Source of the DNA: Ophelia neglecta
Taxonomy: Eukaryota
Assembly: GCA_965285935.1 (NCBI GenBank)
Contig: OZ260664.1
Coordinates: forward strand, 33,480,001-33,544,000
Direction of reading: 5' to 3'
Length of the DNA: 64,000 nucleotides
Shown: in pieces, positions 1 to 12,300 of the stretch
How the letters are laid out: each line of letters opens with the position of its first letter
How positions within the stretch are numbered: the first letter of the stretch is position 1
The notes under the pieces: model-generated
Told to the model about the DNA's origin: nothing
The model's database searches: none
What the model saw: only the letters and a program-made list of their open reading frames with translations
Made by a program: the position numbers and the translations under genes

Positions 1-203
1 GTTATTTTGGAACGCTCTGTAGTGGTCAGCTGCAGTGAAATTTGTAACCAGCTGTAGACACTTATAAGGCATATGTTAATGATCACATGATCATGTTCAG
101 CCAAGTGTGCCAGACATAGTCTGGGTTGGTCCTTTTCAGCCTGACCCTCCAGAGAGAAGGTAGTACATTTTGCCCACCTCCTCCCCTGCTCCACCTGTCT
201 TGT

Positions 204-319
204 ATTTTTGTTTCGACATTTCTGATGACATATTATTCTAGTTTAATTTATATTAATTTGCATTTTTGTTTCGACATTTCTGAAGACATATTATTCTAGT
301 TTAATTTATATTAATTTGC
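204..319. repeat. 58-bp tandem duplication (2 copies, 1 mismatch)
   Basis: 204-261 and 262-319 differ only at tgaTga/tgaAga. Confidence 0.95.
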
Positions 320-3300
320 AAGTGCATGTATGTTGTTCAAAACACTATTATCTACTCATTTGCAGTAAAATTGTGCATTTATTAATGTTCTTCTGTAAAT
401 GATATTACCAATACTCTTGTGTGGTGGGTAAGTTCCCCCACCTTTGTGAATTTAAGACTTGTTATATTTCCAATATAACCATATTCAACACAGTCACGGC
501 TTTGTTTTCATTCACAAATGTAACTGCGTCGCTCGGTAACACATAGGAATAGAAAAAGTAATGTTGGCATGAAACGAGGTACTTAACGTCGTAATTCGTT
601 CTTTTGCCCTAACGTATCCAAAAGCCCGCTTATAACTCAGCCAAAGCCGATAAACCATGCAATAAGGCTTCGGGCAATCCACAGCTGAGCACATATCAGT
701 GTGAATAATGACATTTATAGCCTCTAACCCGAAGTCATTTAATGGCAAATTGAAAGCAGTGACCCTGTTTAGTGCCATGATAAATACATTGTTTTGCGAT
801 ATATTTTCTGCCTTTTCATCTGACAGTATGTCATATTCAACATAAAAGTTTCCGCAAATCATCATTCAATTTATCACAATAAAAATAATTTATGTGCGTA
901 TTTTAGTTAAGCACATTGATACATATATATTTGCCAGGTTGAACGATTTTAGGCACTCGATTCATTTTGTAACCTAGCGATAATTTCAATATCTCGTTAT
1001 GACCAATGTATTTAGACCAAGCCTAACTTTTGACTACTGAGGATAGTACTAACATCATAACCTCGGCATACATTTTTTGACAAGACGATAACTCTAAGGT
1101 AAGATAAGTCGAGAGCATTTAGGGGAAATGGCAGTGGCCATTTCACTGCCCGGCAATTTATTTATAAATAATTGGGCCGAGCGTGTTTTGAGCTCAGACT
1201 CGCATCAGGGAAAAATGTTCTCATTGCAAGCTATTTCAAATTTAGGTTTATCTTGTCTGTTTATTTGCATGTGCATCTGCTTCATACTGATATGACACCG
1301 TATTTTGCAGATTTACGTGTTGAGTCACAATAAAAAGTGACTGGTTCACTTTATATGGTAACATTTTTCTACAGTTCCAAGGAGATTTATTACTCATTTC
1401 CGCTCAAAATGCAAGGACTTTTTACTCCTTTTTTGTCTAGTGTTTATCGGAATCACGGTAGCCGGCGCTGCAGTATCGGCACTGTGGGAGATAAAAAGAA
1501 TAGCCCTTCCGTGGCCTTGGTTGCGAGTCGATCCCCGTGAACAGTAGCGCCAGTTGCAGGGATCCTTTTATGTTGAGACAATATCCTCAATATTCCTAAT
1601 ATTTTGAGAGAGCTTACATATCACAATGTTTACTATAAGGAATTTGCTTACATTCCTATAAGGAATTTCATACGTGTTGGACATAAAATCAATTCCTCTT
1701 TTCTAATCATCTGTGATAGTTGACATGGAAAAATTGGCAATTGAATAATAACACCATTTAGGCTTGAGACTGATAGCAGTCCCCACAACATAGACCACTA
1801 CTAAGGGTGATAAAATAAGTTGCCCTTCGCCGCATGTCTATATCAAGTCCCGTCAAGGTGGAACGCAAAACAGTATAGCAAAATGTTTTTCACCTACACG
1901 TTTTCTTGCATATAATTTTGACTTCGGGTTGTTATTGTGCAAAATTAAGCTGTAGAATATCAAAACATGCCTTATGTAAAATAAAGATTAGCTTTCCAGG
2001 ATGGTATTTAGAATAGAGCACGAATTTATTTCTAAGAATCAGAACAGGAGGCTATGTTCCAGGCATAGTTCATGTGTAGAGATGCGGCGTTTTACCCTAA
2101 CATGGCAGAATTCGATAAACCTTCGCTCGTGTGCCAAAACATTGTTCAAACAATATAATTTGGACATATAACAACGCTCATTACTCAGAGAACACACGTG
2201 TTTGGGTAACATGTTATGTAAGATATACGATAAAAATTGTCAGTCCTTTGGCCAGAAATCTGATTTTCACCAGAAATGCAGTAACAATGCTTTACATTAA
2301 GTTTTGATACAAATAAATGGATTACATAATCATAAACAGTTGGCGGACTTTGAATAATATTTTCTGCATATTTCAAAAATTTATAATGCTTGCATGTTCA
2401 TCATAGTTCTTCCCTTGTTTGAATTTTCATCCTTTAGAAATAAAGTGTCCATACTAACGCGCAAGACTTCATCAACTTGCAATCCATAAACATAAATTAA
2501 GGTTGCAATTTATCATTATGGAGGCTTAGTCTTCTAGTTTAACACCGCTAGCATACACTGCCTCTCGCTAACTGATCATTATTTCTCTCGATTGTGAAGG
2601 GTCATCTTTTTTGCAGACGTGTAGTTCCGGTGGCGTTATATAGATCATCATTTTGAAGACGGTGCTGTCCGACCTTTCACCTTGCTACACAAGTAGAATG
2701 AGTGAACTATCTGAAGTGAATGGGTTCATGCTGCCGCATGCCTTCCACGGGAGTTTAAAGCGCTAAGCGCAAATCTAATGAAACCGGGCCGATCCGTGTA
2801 AGACCTTTGACTATGTCTCCTGTGCAAATGATTTATACAATTATGGACGATCCAATTTTTCACACATTAACAGCCAACATCATCTTTGCAAATGTCAGAG
2901 AAATTCAGCGGTTTTTTGCAATTAATGCTGAAAACGCCATAAACCCGAATTATATGCGTCTTTGCAAATTGACACATGAATCAATATCGTTAACAACAGT
3001 TTTTTTATTACTAAGTTGTATACGATTCGTAATGTTTAGAAGCCAGCCTTAGTTGTAGCACAAACTGAACCAACATCGGTCCACTCAGACATAGTTTCGG
3101 CGTTAATTGCTTTTTTCTTATTTACAGTACCATTCTTATACTGTTTTACCAGCTTCAAATCGGTCGCATGTTAACAGTGCGCTAGTGCTGGTACTCAGTG
3201 TGATGCCCATGATAATTTTATGATTAGGAGCTCTATCTGCTTGCCGGTATATTATTAAATAAACTTTATTTCTTAAATGAGCTAAAATTATCAGCCAGCT

Positions 3301-4307
3301 GTATTTATAGAGTTGGAAAGCTATACAAGCTACTAGTAGACATGTCCTTTTCATATGAAAGTGTCTCAGTTAGCCCAGTATATATGTTTGTAGTTGATGA
3401 CTTTGCTCTACGTTTCTCTAGAACGGCTGCAGTTAATATGCCTCTGTACTGAACCAGATTGAGATTGGTTTATACATTGATCTAAAGCAGATTAGGTTAA
3501 CAAAATAATACTTTCCCAGATAGTATATTCTATTGAAATTTCATAAATGGTCCAACTTTAAACTTTTTTTCTCTGATACACGGTGAATATAATATGCGAA
3601 TACGGTAAGTTTGCAAATTGCATTGCTATGTAAAAATGATTTAATCTATGTTAAATAAATGTGTTGGTTTATCATTCAAGCTATCAATTTATCAAGGAAG
3701 AGCCGTGGGTAGGGAAGGCTAGGTTAGGCTAATGGCTTCGAGATTAGTTTATAATTGTTAGTATTATTTGCAATATTTATATACTGTTTGGTCAACTTAT
3801 TTTTCTTTCACAACACATAAGGGGAGGGATAAACTGTCAGTCATTGTAATATCAGGTATTAGCTCAGCCTCACATTGTTTTTAGTAGTTATGTTTGAAAT
3901 CAGTCGGAATCACACAATTGATTGGCTGAATTGATAACTATTTTCTTAATTTTATCACGTGCAAATGGCGTAAGATCTCAGGTTGCCTTCCTTGACATTA
4001 GGGTTCGACCCTTCTCACAAGTTCCTTTTGGGAGTGTCTCAACTTGTTCATTCGCTTTGAATAGGCCAATGAGTTTCAACAAGGCGGTATGGTCGCCGGA
4101 ACTGATACACTGCTCTTTTGAATACCCATCGAAGAGTTGGTGATGACCCCCCCCCCCCCCCCCCTATTCAAGCCATCCCGTGTAAAGCTGATTAAAGACA
4201 TATGTTTATTAATAATACATAGAATAATGATAAACTAGCTATTAGCTTTTCTATGCATACTGGTTCGATAAAATACAAATAAGCATGTGTCAAAAGTTTT
4301 GAGTTTA

Positions 4308-4660
4308 ACACATGCCCGCAGATAAACTATCAATATTATTTAGCGTTGTCATATGTTTAAATCGCCGTTACTGAATTCCAAATAATAGATACTCGAATCT
4401 AACTGTCAAGGATGCATTACACCCATGCTCAAATTATATCCAATTGTTGGCAGTACACTTGAACCCTTGTAAATACAATGTTTGTATTAAACGTCTTAGT
4501 GTATGACAGTAACCCTATATTGGTTGAAAATGCAGAGTATTCACTGCTTATCGAATATGGTTTGATTTTGACACATGCCCGGCAGATAAACAATAAATAT
4601 TATTAAACGTCGTTTCTGTCAATGGTCATAAGTTTGAAACACCGTTACTGGATACATTCC
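4308..4660. repeat. Degenerate direct repeat (~70-90 bp units, ~260 bp apart)
   Basis: ACACATGCCCG(G)CAGATAAAC...AATATTATT...CCGTTACTG at 4308-4380 and 4571-4660. Confidence 0.7.
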
Positions 4661-5355
4661 AGACACACCAAAATCATTAATAGAGAATCATCCATTAAAT
4701 CAGGTCGGAATCACCGGGCTTATGTACATCAATTCCCAAGAAACTAGGTTTTATTACGTACAGGACACCCAGTGTATGAAATAAACCTGCTTCTGGTTGT
4801 TACTCGTCTGCCTTCCTACTAAATCTTGAAAAAAACTGCGTTATAATTGTGTTTATGCACCTCATGTTCAGGCCATGCTTAGTTTCAGAAAATAACGCCT
4901 CATATGGATAAAATGCCGTCCGCACGAATAATTTGAGCACCAACTCAGGAAGTGATTCCACCAGCAAAACTCATTTACATAGAGTGCAGTTTGCTCTTTC
5001 ACGCCTCAGTAACTATTATTCAGTCATTTCGATTGACCTGTTGTCGGAAGCAGACCTACAGAAATTGATTTGCATTCAACGAAATTATCAATTAATCATC
5101 TGGCCAAATCTATGATACTGTGCCCTCGCAATCAGCGCAATATGAAACGCCTTCAAGTTCCTTGATCATGGTCACCCACTTCTTTACAAAATTTACAACA
5201 TGCTTTTTAAAGTATTTTTGGGGGGATTGTTGTCCTCTCGTTTAAAACAATGTCGAAGGTGTTTATTTGCAATTATATATTTCGATGGGCACTGCTTCAT
5301 TTTTCAGAAACAAAAGCTTTTTGCATGTATCCATAATGCACCAGGCATGTTAAAT

Positions 5356-5581
5356 GGCTTTTGGTTAAAAGCGGAAGTGACGAGCCTTGCGGAGGAAATT
5401 CAAGAAATCAGAACAGAGCACCGGGCCTAATAAACTTGTCCCTAACCCTGCCCCAAACCATGAAATTAACCATCAGCCCTAACCTTAGCCTTGCTGACGC
5501 TTTTTTGCTTCACGTCACTCAGAAATACCCATGACCTCCGCCTGCGCATAGTTTCCGCACCTCCGCGTTCAATCAATAGCC
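5356..5581. mobile_element. Degenerate MITE-like element with internal CCTAACC repeats
   Basis: Imperfect TIRs GGCTTTTGGTTAAAAGCGGAAGT vs rc GGCTATTGATTGAACGCGGAGGT, with internal CCCTAACC motifs. No TSD seen. Confidence 0.55.
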
Positions 5582-5916
5582 TGTTAGATCGTTTTTGGCC
5601 GCGTTCACTTTGTTATAATTAATATTTATAAAACACTCAAAGACTTGTTTTTCCGATGGATTAAGTTTCTCTGGAATTTTTTTACTTGATCAGTTATCAC
5701 TTAAGTTGTCTTTCATCATAGATTTTAACTGCAGCTGTTACGGATTCCTACAATAAGTAAATGCGTTATGACATAATTGTGATGAAATAACGAGTTATAT
5801 AAATACCACATTTACACGTAACCGAAATATGCACATTATTCAATGGATAGCAATAGGAGGTAGTAATCGGGCATAATACATTGATGTAGCTATTCTGATG
5901 CATTGTGTGTAAACAG

Positions 5917-6062
5917 TAGCTAAGATTCATAGCTCTGGGTCAAAAAAGTTCGGCTTACACCAAAGGGAGCAGATGGCTCGCTCCATAGCTCTGTGGTCCC
6001 AAGTTATACATAGCCAATCAATATAACATTAGAAATGGACCCAGAGCTATGAATCTTAGCTA
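5917..6062. mobile_element. hAT-type MITE, 146 bp
   Basis: Perfect 25-bp TIRs TAGCTAAGATTCATAGCTCTGGGTC (5917-5941 / 6038-6062) and an 8-bp TSD GTAAACAG (5909-5916, 6063-6070). TAG termini with an 8-bp TSD fit the hAT superfamily. Confidence 0.9.
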
Positions 6063-6599
6063 GTAAACAGAGAACAAATAATAATGTCAGAGCAAATGTA
6101 AACAATTCATTCAAATTTCAGTTAGGACCAGGGGAGTTTGACATTCAATAGTTTATTTAGTTTTATTAAGTAATTGGGCAATAATTCAGGGCGTAGCCCC
6201 GAAGCCTAAAGCCCAGAGACCTTAAATCAACACCTGCAGCACGCAATTTTATTAGCTTTACTTCTGGGTTTTTTTTAATCATGTCAGATATGTTTGAACA
6301 TCATTTAAAAAAATTACAACAATAAACAATACGACCGTAGTTTTGATCCTTATGCTGATCAAGTCAAGGTAAGTCCTGCTCTTGACTTTAACTATCGTAG
6401 ACACTATTTATTATAAAAAAAAACAATACGACTTCTCCTAAGAATATTTGCTTATGAACGAGCTACCTTGGGTTATTATGGTAAAATGAACCAGGGTGGG
6501 TTATAGAAGTTATTGTCTCATTTTTATACATACTTTGATATTAATTACACAAGTAACAACTGCACTGTACTGAAACATTCTGGATGTGTGCTCAGGCGA

Positions 6600-6900
6600 A
6601 GATTGCATGGGACGAACAGGCGAGTATAGAGATACGACGAAGGATGAACGGAGGTTGAACAGACGATGAACAGAGAGACAGACGGACGGATCGACCCAAC
6701 ACAAGCCCATATCCGAGTTATGTGTACTCCTATAACATATCTTTTTATAGTTGATCGCCAGAGGGAATTAAATAGGAGGTCTTTCGAAAATATACCTAAC
6801 AGCTAACATCCCATAGGCCTATAATCAGCATACATGGATTTGTTACAAAGCCCTTCCCCTATCAACACGTATCACGTGTGTAAAAATTGGGGATATCCTG
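6600..6900. mobile_element. Degenerate non-autonomous (HINE/DINE-1-like) element remnant
   Basis: A decayed GACA/GACG microsatellite (gagacagacggacgga) with adjacent composition typical of such elements. Inference only. Confidence 0.3.
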
Positions 6901-9900
6901 ATACATTGTCAAATACCATTTTTCTATTGTTGCATTTATATGAGTTAGCAGCGGCTGTATAGTGTATTGTGGAGTTTATCGGCAGATTTGTAGTGAAACC
7001 GTGCTTTATGGCAGGAATTCGATTACTAGAAATATTTCATATCTATATATAATGTCTTCCGACGCATACAAATAGCTTATTCGTCTTATCAGACGTCTGA
7101 AAACAGCTTTCTACCTTTCTTCCCGTGCCCTGTTAATTTGCCTTCCCAGTAAAACTGATAGATGCACTTGTGTCTTAGAGGGATCGCACAGTTATGTGTA
7201 CTTCGGTCGTTGACCGGTGACGTTTGTAAGATCTACTCCCCCATACCTAATTGCTCCCACAGTTACGAACATAAATAGGAATAACAGCCACCACGATGAA
7301 TCGCAAAAAAAAACCCACTAAATTCACAGAAATTAAGCGACTGGTTTTCCACCACCCGACCTCTAGTTGTGTAGTGTCTGTTTCATTCATTCCAGAACTG
7401 ACCTTGGCAACGTAAGGTAAGTGTTCTCTTTATAACATGTGGCAATATATAAGCCAATCCTTCAAACGAAATGTGTATCACAATGTCCTCCATACCTATA
7501 TACTCACCGTGCGCCATACTTGAGACCACTCAGGAATATCGACATATCTTCTTTCAGATATTTCGTCGATAAAAGTGAACTACGTTTATGTCATTCGCAT
7601 ACCATTGTCATGGATGCTTCTTTTGCGCCACGAGTTATTCACGATACCCAAATGATTAGGCAAATATATGTGATTAACCGACTGCAGGGGGTGTGAACTG
7701 TTAAATGGTGGCACGACGTAAACATTTATTTTTTCCACCAATTCATTTGTTTCAGGCGTGCCGAACCAAAAGGAATAGACAGAACAAATGTTTAAAATGG
7801 TCCCTTGTCCAAGTACTGAAAAATACAAACTCTTTCGTCCGCCAAAAAAATGATACTATTTTTTTTTACATTTCCTGGATTAATCTGTAATAAAACCATT
7901 TACCATTATGATAATCCATTTTCAAACCTTCGCGCGGTCGCACTTTGGAAAACATGTGGCTTTCTCGGCAAATTAATATGGAATATGCCAAGCGACGAAC
8001 TATAATAGGAAAACAACTCGCATGAAAACTTGGACTAGAGGGCGTTTAACATTCCAGTTATGATGTCCATACAATATTACCTGCCATCTTAGTAAGTCAA
8101 GGAGCCTCGTTACGCTGAAAGAACGCGCCGCGTAAGAGTAGCTATCGTGTAACTAACTATGCAACAGGCACAATTGTAAAAATTGTATTATAACTTTTCA
8201 TTTAAATATATTAAAAAGGGTAAAGTATAACCTGTACAATCCTAGATTAGAACACCTGCTTTATAGGGCTGGTTATTTAGCACTGCACAATATATATGTT
8301 CTAGGGACAATTCATCAGAATGATTCAATTTCAAACGCAATAAGTTAATCTTCTTTTCATTCATTGTCATCCTGACCAATTTTATCAATAGCCATGTTGA
8401 CTCAGGTTCTGCTTGTTGATGCAGGTCTAGTATCGCGTGAAAATGCACAGTTTTGTACTGCAAGTAAGTTGCTTCATATTGCAGTAGGATATTATTGTAT
8501 AAAAATAGGACCTTGACAGCGGCCTTCACTGAGTGTTGTGTCCTCATAAATTCGTGACGTGTGTACGTCATAATGCACCCATATTAGAGAAAGAACTACG
8601 ATATGCTGTAGAAATGTGACGAAGTAACGACGACACAACGAGCTCTACCATGGTCATCTGCAAAGGTCTTCGTTCCATCACTTAATACCCTTGTGTGGTT
8701 CTAATGTTTTCTAAATTATTTGCTGCGATTAATTTTCTGTTTGTCATCTGATGAGCGATGTGTTGCAGCTGGTAGCCTGTTATTAACAAAAACAGGATGG
8801 ATATACTGTTAATAAACAGAAAAATGTTCATAAATTCTGTCCCAATTCACCCGGAACCATTTGCGCGGGGAAGCCAAAAAGCCAAGGTCGACCAGGGAAG
8901 CCTCAGGTGTTCTTCCCGTCTTATGTTTTAGCTGATCGGAACATGACTAGCGTCTATCAAAATCTTGCGAACAGGGTTATTGCCGCCATCGTTTAATTAG
9001 TATCATGATCCCAATGGCAAGCTTTGAGAAGTAATTTATTCAAATGACTGGCCCAATTTTTAGTTTTGGACTAAGGTTTCATGTTTCCTGTACCTGGCTG
9101 ACAGCCGAATGTCTCTGTTTTCTTGACCCAGGGCCGACAACCTTATATAATTGTTGACCCTTCTTGGCCCTGGATAAATTCAATATCCCAATCTTATAGC
9201 CATGTTCTCCTGATCCACGCCTGACCACGCTATAAACTGTCTTCCTTATCTTGAACCAATAGCATTAAGTCCCCTTTTACGTTCCCTGGGCTGACACCCT
9301 TATATCCCTGTTATATACTGACCTGGCACCTTATATAACTGATATGATTAAAAGAACAATGCGCCACATTCAATGCTTTGGGTTCTCTGCTCCAGAATAT
9401 ATATTTGCCCTACTGCCAATTCGCCCAACTGCCGGTGTAGAAAGATCTCATGTCAACTCATGGTTTTATCTGGGACACAGGTTTTATGGACAATTAGCTG
9501 GGCTAATCCAAGTTGTCAGCGATACTAATGGCTCCTGAATTATTGAATACATTTCTAGAACATGGTAAGCCATTTTAATCACTGATTTTATACATTATAT
9601 TACTAACATGTTTTAGTGCACTCGTGTGTTTAATTGATTGTTTCTTGCTTTCTCTTAATAATTATCAATACAAAAAATAGCATGCAATAATAGGTACATG
9701 GCAGTGTTATTGTGGCGCGCCAACCAAGTAATAGAAAAGCTGGAACAAAGGAAATCGTAGATTACAATAGTAAAAATGATTCCGCACATCGTAACAATTT
9801 CTTTTTAAAATTTTCTTACCTATATGTTGTATCGATGCGCATGGCTTCTGTTTTGTCAGATGGGACCAGTTATTAATTTTGTATCGTTTATTGGGATTAA

Positions 9901-10365
9901 AATTGGGTTTTAGAAATGTCGGGTTTTGTGAATTATATGCCGCTATGTCACGAAACAGCGAAACTTCGGTGGAAAAGGTTGGTGAACTGACACACCTGAC
10001 CGGATGATATTCAACGCCTACATTGCGATTATATTATGTAAGCATGGTGCTTTATATGATTAGCGTGGCCGTTTGATTCGTTTGATGTGGTGATTTTACC
10101 CTTTGGCCCAAGGTGTAAAAACAACACCGCAGCATGTCAAAACACTAGCCATTTATGTACTCTCAATGTATGATCTCATATTCATATATACATAAAGACG
10201 CTGGCGCAAACGTTTTGACTGCCAAATGCAAATTAGGGTCGACATGTCATAATTCGTTATGTACATTTGCATAGAATGACCAAAGAAATTAAATGTGTGT
10301 TCGGTGGGACCTAATGTCAAGTTGTGTTATTTCATTACACGTTTTCCATCCCCAACTTCTTTCTA

Positions 10366-10516
10366 TTAAATTGAATCCCAAAACGGAGCGCCATCAGTGG
10401 CTATATAAAGCGGACCGCTTGGGAAATTATTTTCGCAATTGCCCGTTGGCAAAATGTCACTCCATTTGACTTCTAGTCGAGTGCCCACCTCGCAATTGGT
10501 ATGGATTCAATTCAAT
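10366..10516. mobile_element. Possible old MITE
   Basis: ATTAAATTGAATCC vs rc ATTGAATTGAATCC flank a GC-richer interior. Confidence 0.35.
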
Positions 10517-11239
10517 GAATATTGACGCCATGTTTGAGAGAGAGAGCCTAAATGAGAAACAATTTAAAACTCCTTTTACAGTCATGGTTAACAGTGCATG
10601 TATATTTTTGTTTGTTTTGTGCTCACTGGCCATTATAATATCAGGATAACATGCCTTAAATGAAAACCGAAACCGACTCGCTAACCTAACTATATAAACC
10701 TTAGTTTGGTCAGTTCTTGTAGTAATGACTACAATGCTGCAGTTGCGGATTTGATTTTACAATTGAGCTCTAATCGGGCATCCTGTTTTGGGCGTCCTGA
10801 CCGGTGTGGCTTAAACGGCCTAGGTTCAGGAGGAAACCATATAACCAGAATGTCGTCTGCTTGATATATTTTCGAGAGGCATGCATCGGCTATCATTACC
10901 AGGAACGCTCGAAAACGGTGCTTTATTTGAATTCTGTGTGTCAAAATCCTGTGTGTAAAAATCTAAGCATAAAGGAGGCCCAATTGTAATGTAAAATGTA
11001 GCTGACAAATGCTGAATAACGGTGGCGATATGATGATCCCTCGGGCATGCTAAGCTTAATGTCTGGTTCAGCGATTCCAATTTATTCAAGTTGAGCTTTC
11101 AAAACGCAAGTTCTGCTTGGAGTGGCGTGGTTTGCTGTAATATAGTTCATCAAGTTAAATTGATGACTGTTTTGTCACTGCGACTCGTACATTTAAATAA
11201 AAGGATGGATATTGGGCTATACAGCGTGTTCTTTGGTTT

Positions 11240-11287
11240 TGCAAAAAGGGTCTTATTTCTGCAAAAAGGGTCTTATTTCTTATTTCT
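11240..11287. repeat. Short ~21-bp tandem duplication
   Basis: TGCAAAAA(A)GGGTCTTATTTC x2 plus a partial TTATTTC. Confidence 0.85.
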
Positions 11288-11899
11288 AGAAAGCAACCGG
11301 TCACAGCTTAATCAATATAATATCTGTAGCATAGAAGCACGAATAGTAATTGTGTCTAGGGGTACTACTGGAATTATACCAAAAGTATGGTCCCACTCGG
11401 TATGCCCGCCTACATAAAACCATGGGTATGCATGGCCGACTTGTCTGCATGTGCACAGCACCCCCTTTCGGCCTAATTGAGTTGTACACTTTTTAATTAG
11501 TATAAATCATCTTCCTTCTACCAGTTTTAAATTATCGTATGCAAATTGGTATTGACTTTTGTCGCTAATACATTTTTAAACAATTAATACACTTATGATA
11601 TTTGTTTTGATAAATCCAGAGAACATATAGAAGTACAGAAAGAAAATAATAAACGACAATAAATATCTACATAAGCAAGAAAAAAGAAGCAATATTATAT
11701 TTTAGCAGGAAATATAAGGTGTAACCTTTTGCTAGTTTCTGTAACCTAGGGAAACAAAGAGATGCTTCCGACATCATTATACGATGTTGTGCCTGAATCA
11801 TATTATGAATAGGTGACCTGAACAGAAAAGTTAGCCAAGACTCATACAAGCACAATATTACCACTGAAGCATTTGTGCGTTTCCCAGAAATATAGGTTC

Positions 11900-12300
11900 T
11901 GAGATCAAAACATGATCCTTTGTCAGGTGTGGATTTTACTTGCTACATTACAAATTAGTTCGAATATAACAAGGACAACGGACGTCCTGAGTGGTGAATT
12001 ATTTCACCCTGCTATTGATGTATTTCACGCACCGGTTGTGTAAGTGATTATTCGCCTCAAATACATCTGGAAGCCCAATAAATGCAGTAAGTAATAAAAG
12101 GAGAAAATGTTTGATTCCATCTTTTATACGCCCAGTATCACCAGACTAACTTGTTTCACATTTGAAGATGTACTATCAACCAGTGAGACCCACTCCTTCA
12201 TCTAATATGATCACTTACCACCCACCAGTGGGGAATATGGAAGTCCGTTTATGGTATTCATGAGAACAGTCTTAATCAGATTCCATAGATTGGGGTGAAT
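11900..12300 (-). mobile_element. Possible degraded LINE endonuclease fragment
   Basis: DFHIPHW, IFELICN and DHVLI resemble GDFN.P.W, ILDLI.TN and SDH..I in order; spacing is imperfect. Confidence 0.25.

Noticed and set aside
9090-9345. Loose recurring motif (GCYGACA..CCTTATATA)
   Set aside because: A decayed minisatellite with irregular spacing and divergent units; not a CRISPR-like array.
10389-10410. CTCF-like GCGCCATCAGTGG and TATATAAA
   Set aside because: The motif has a 1-nt deletion, lies within a probable MITE, and has no adjacent gene.
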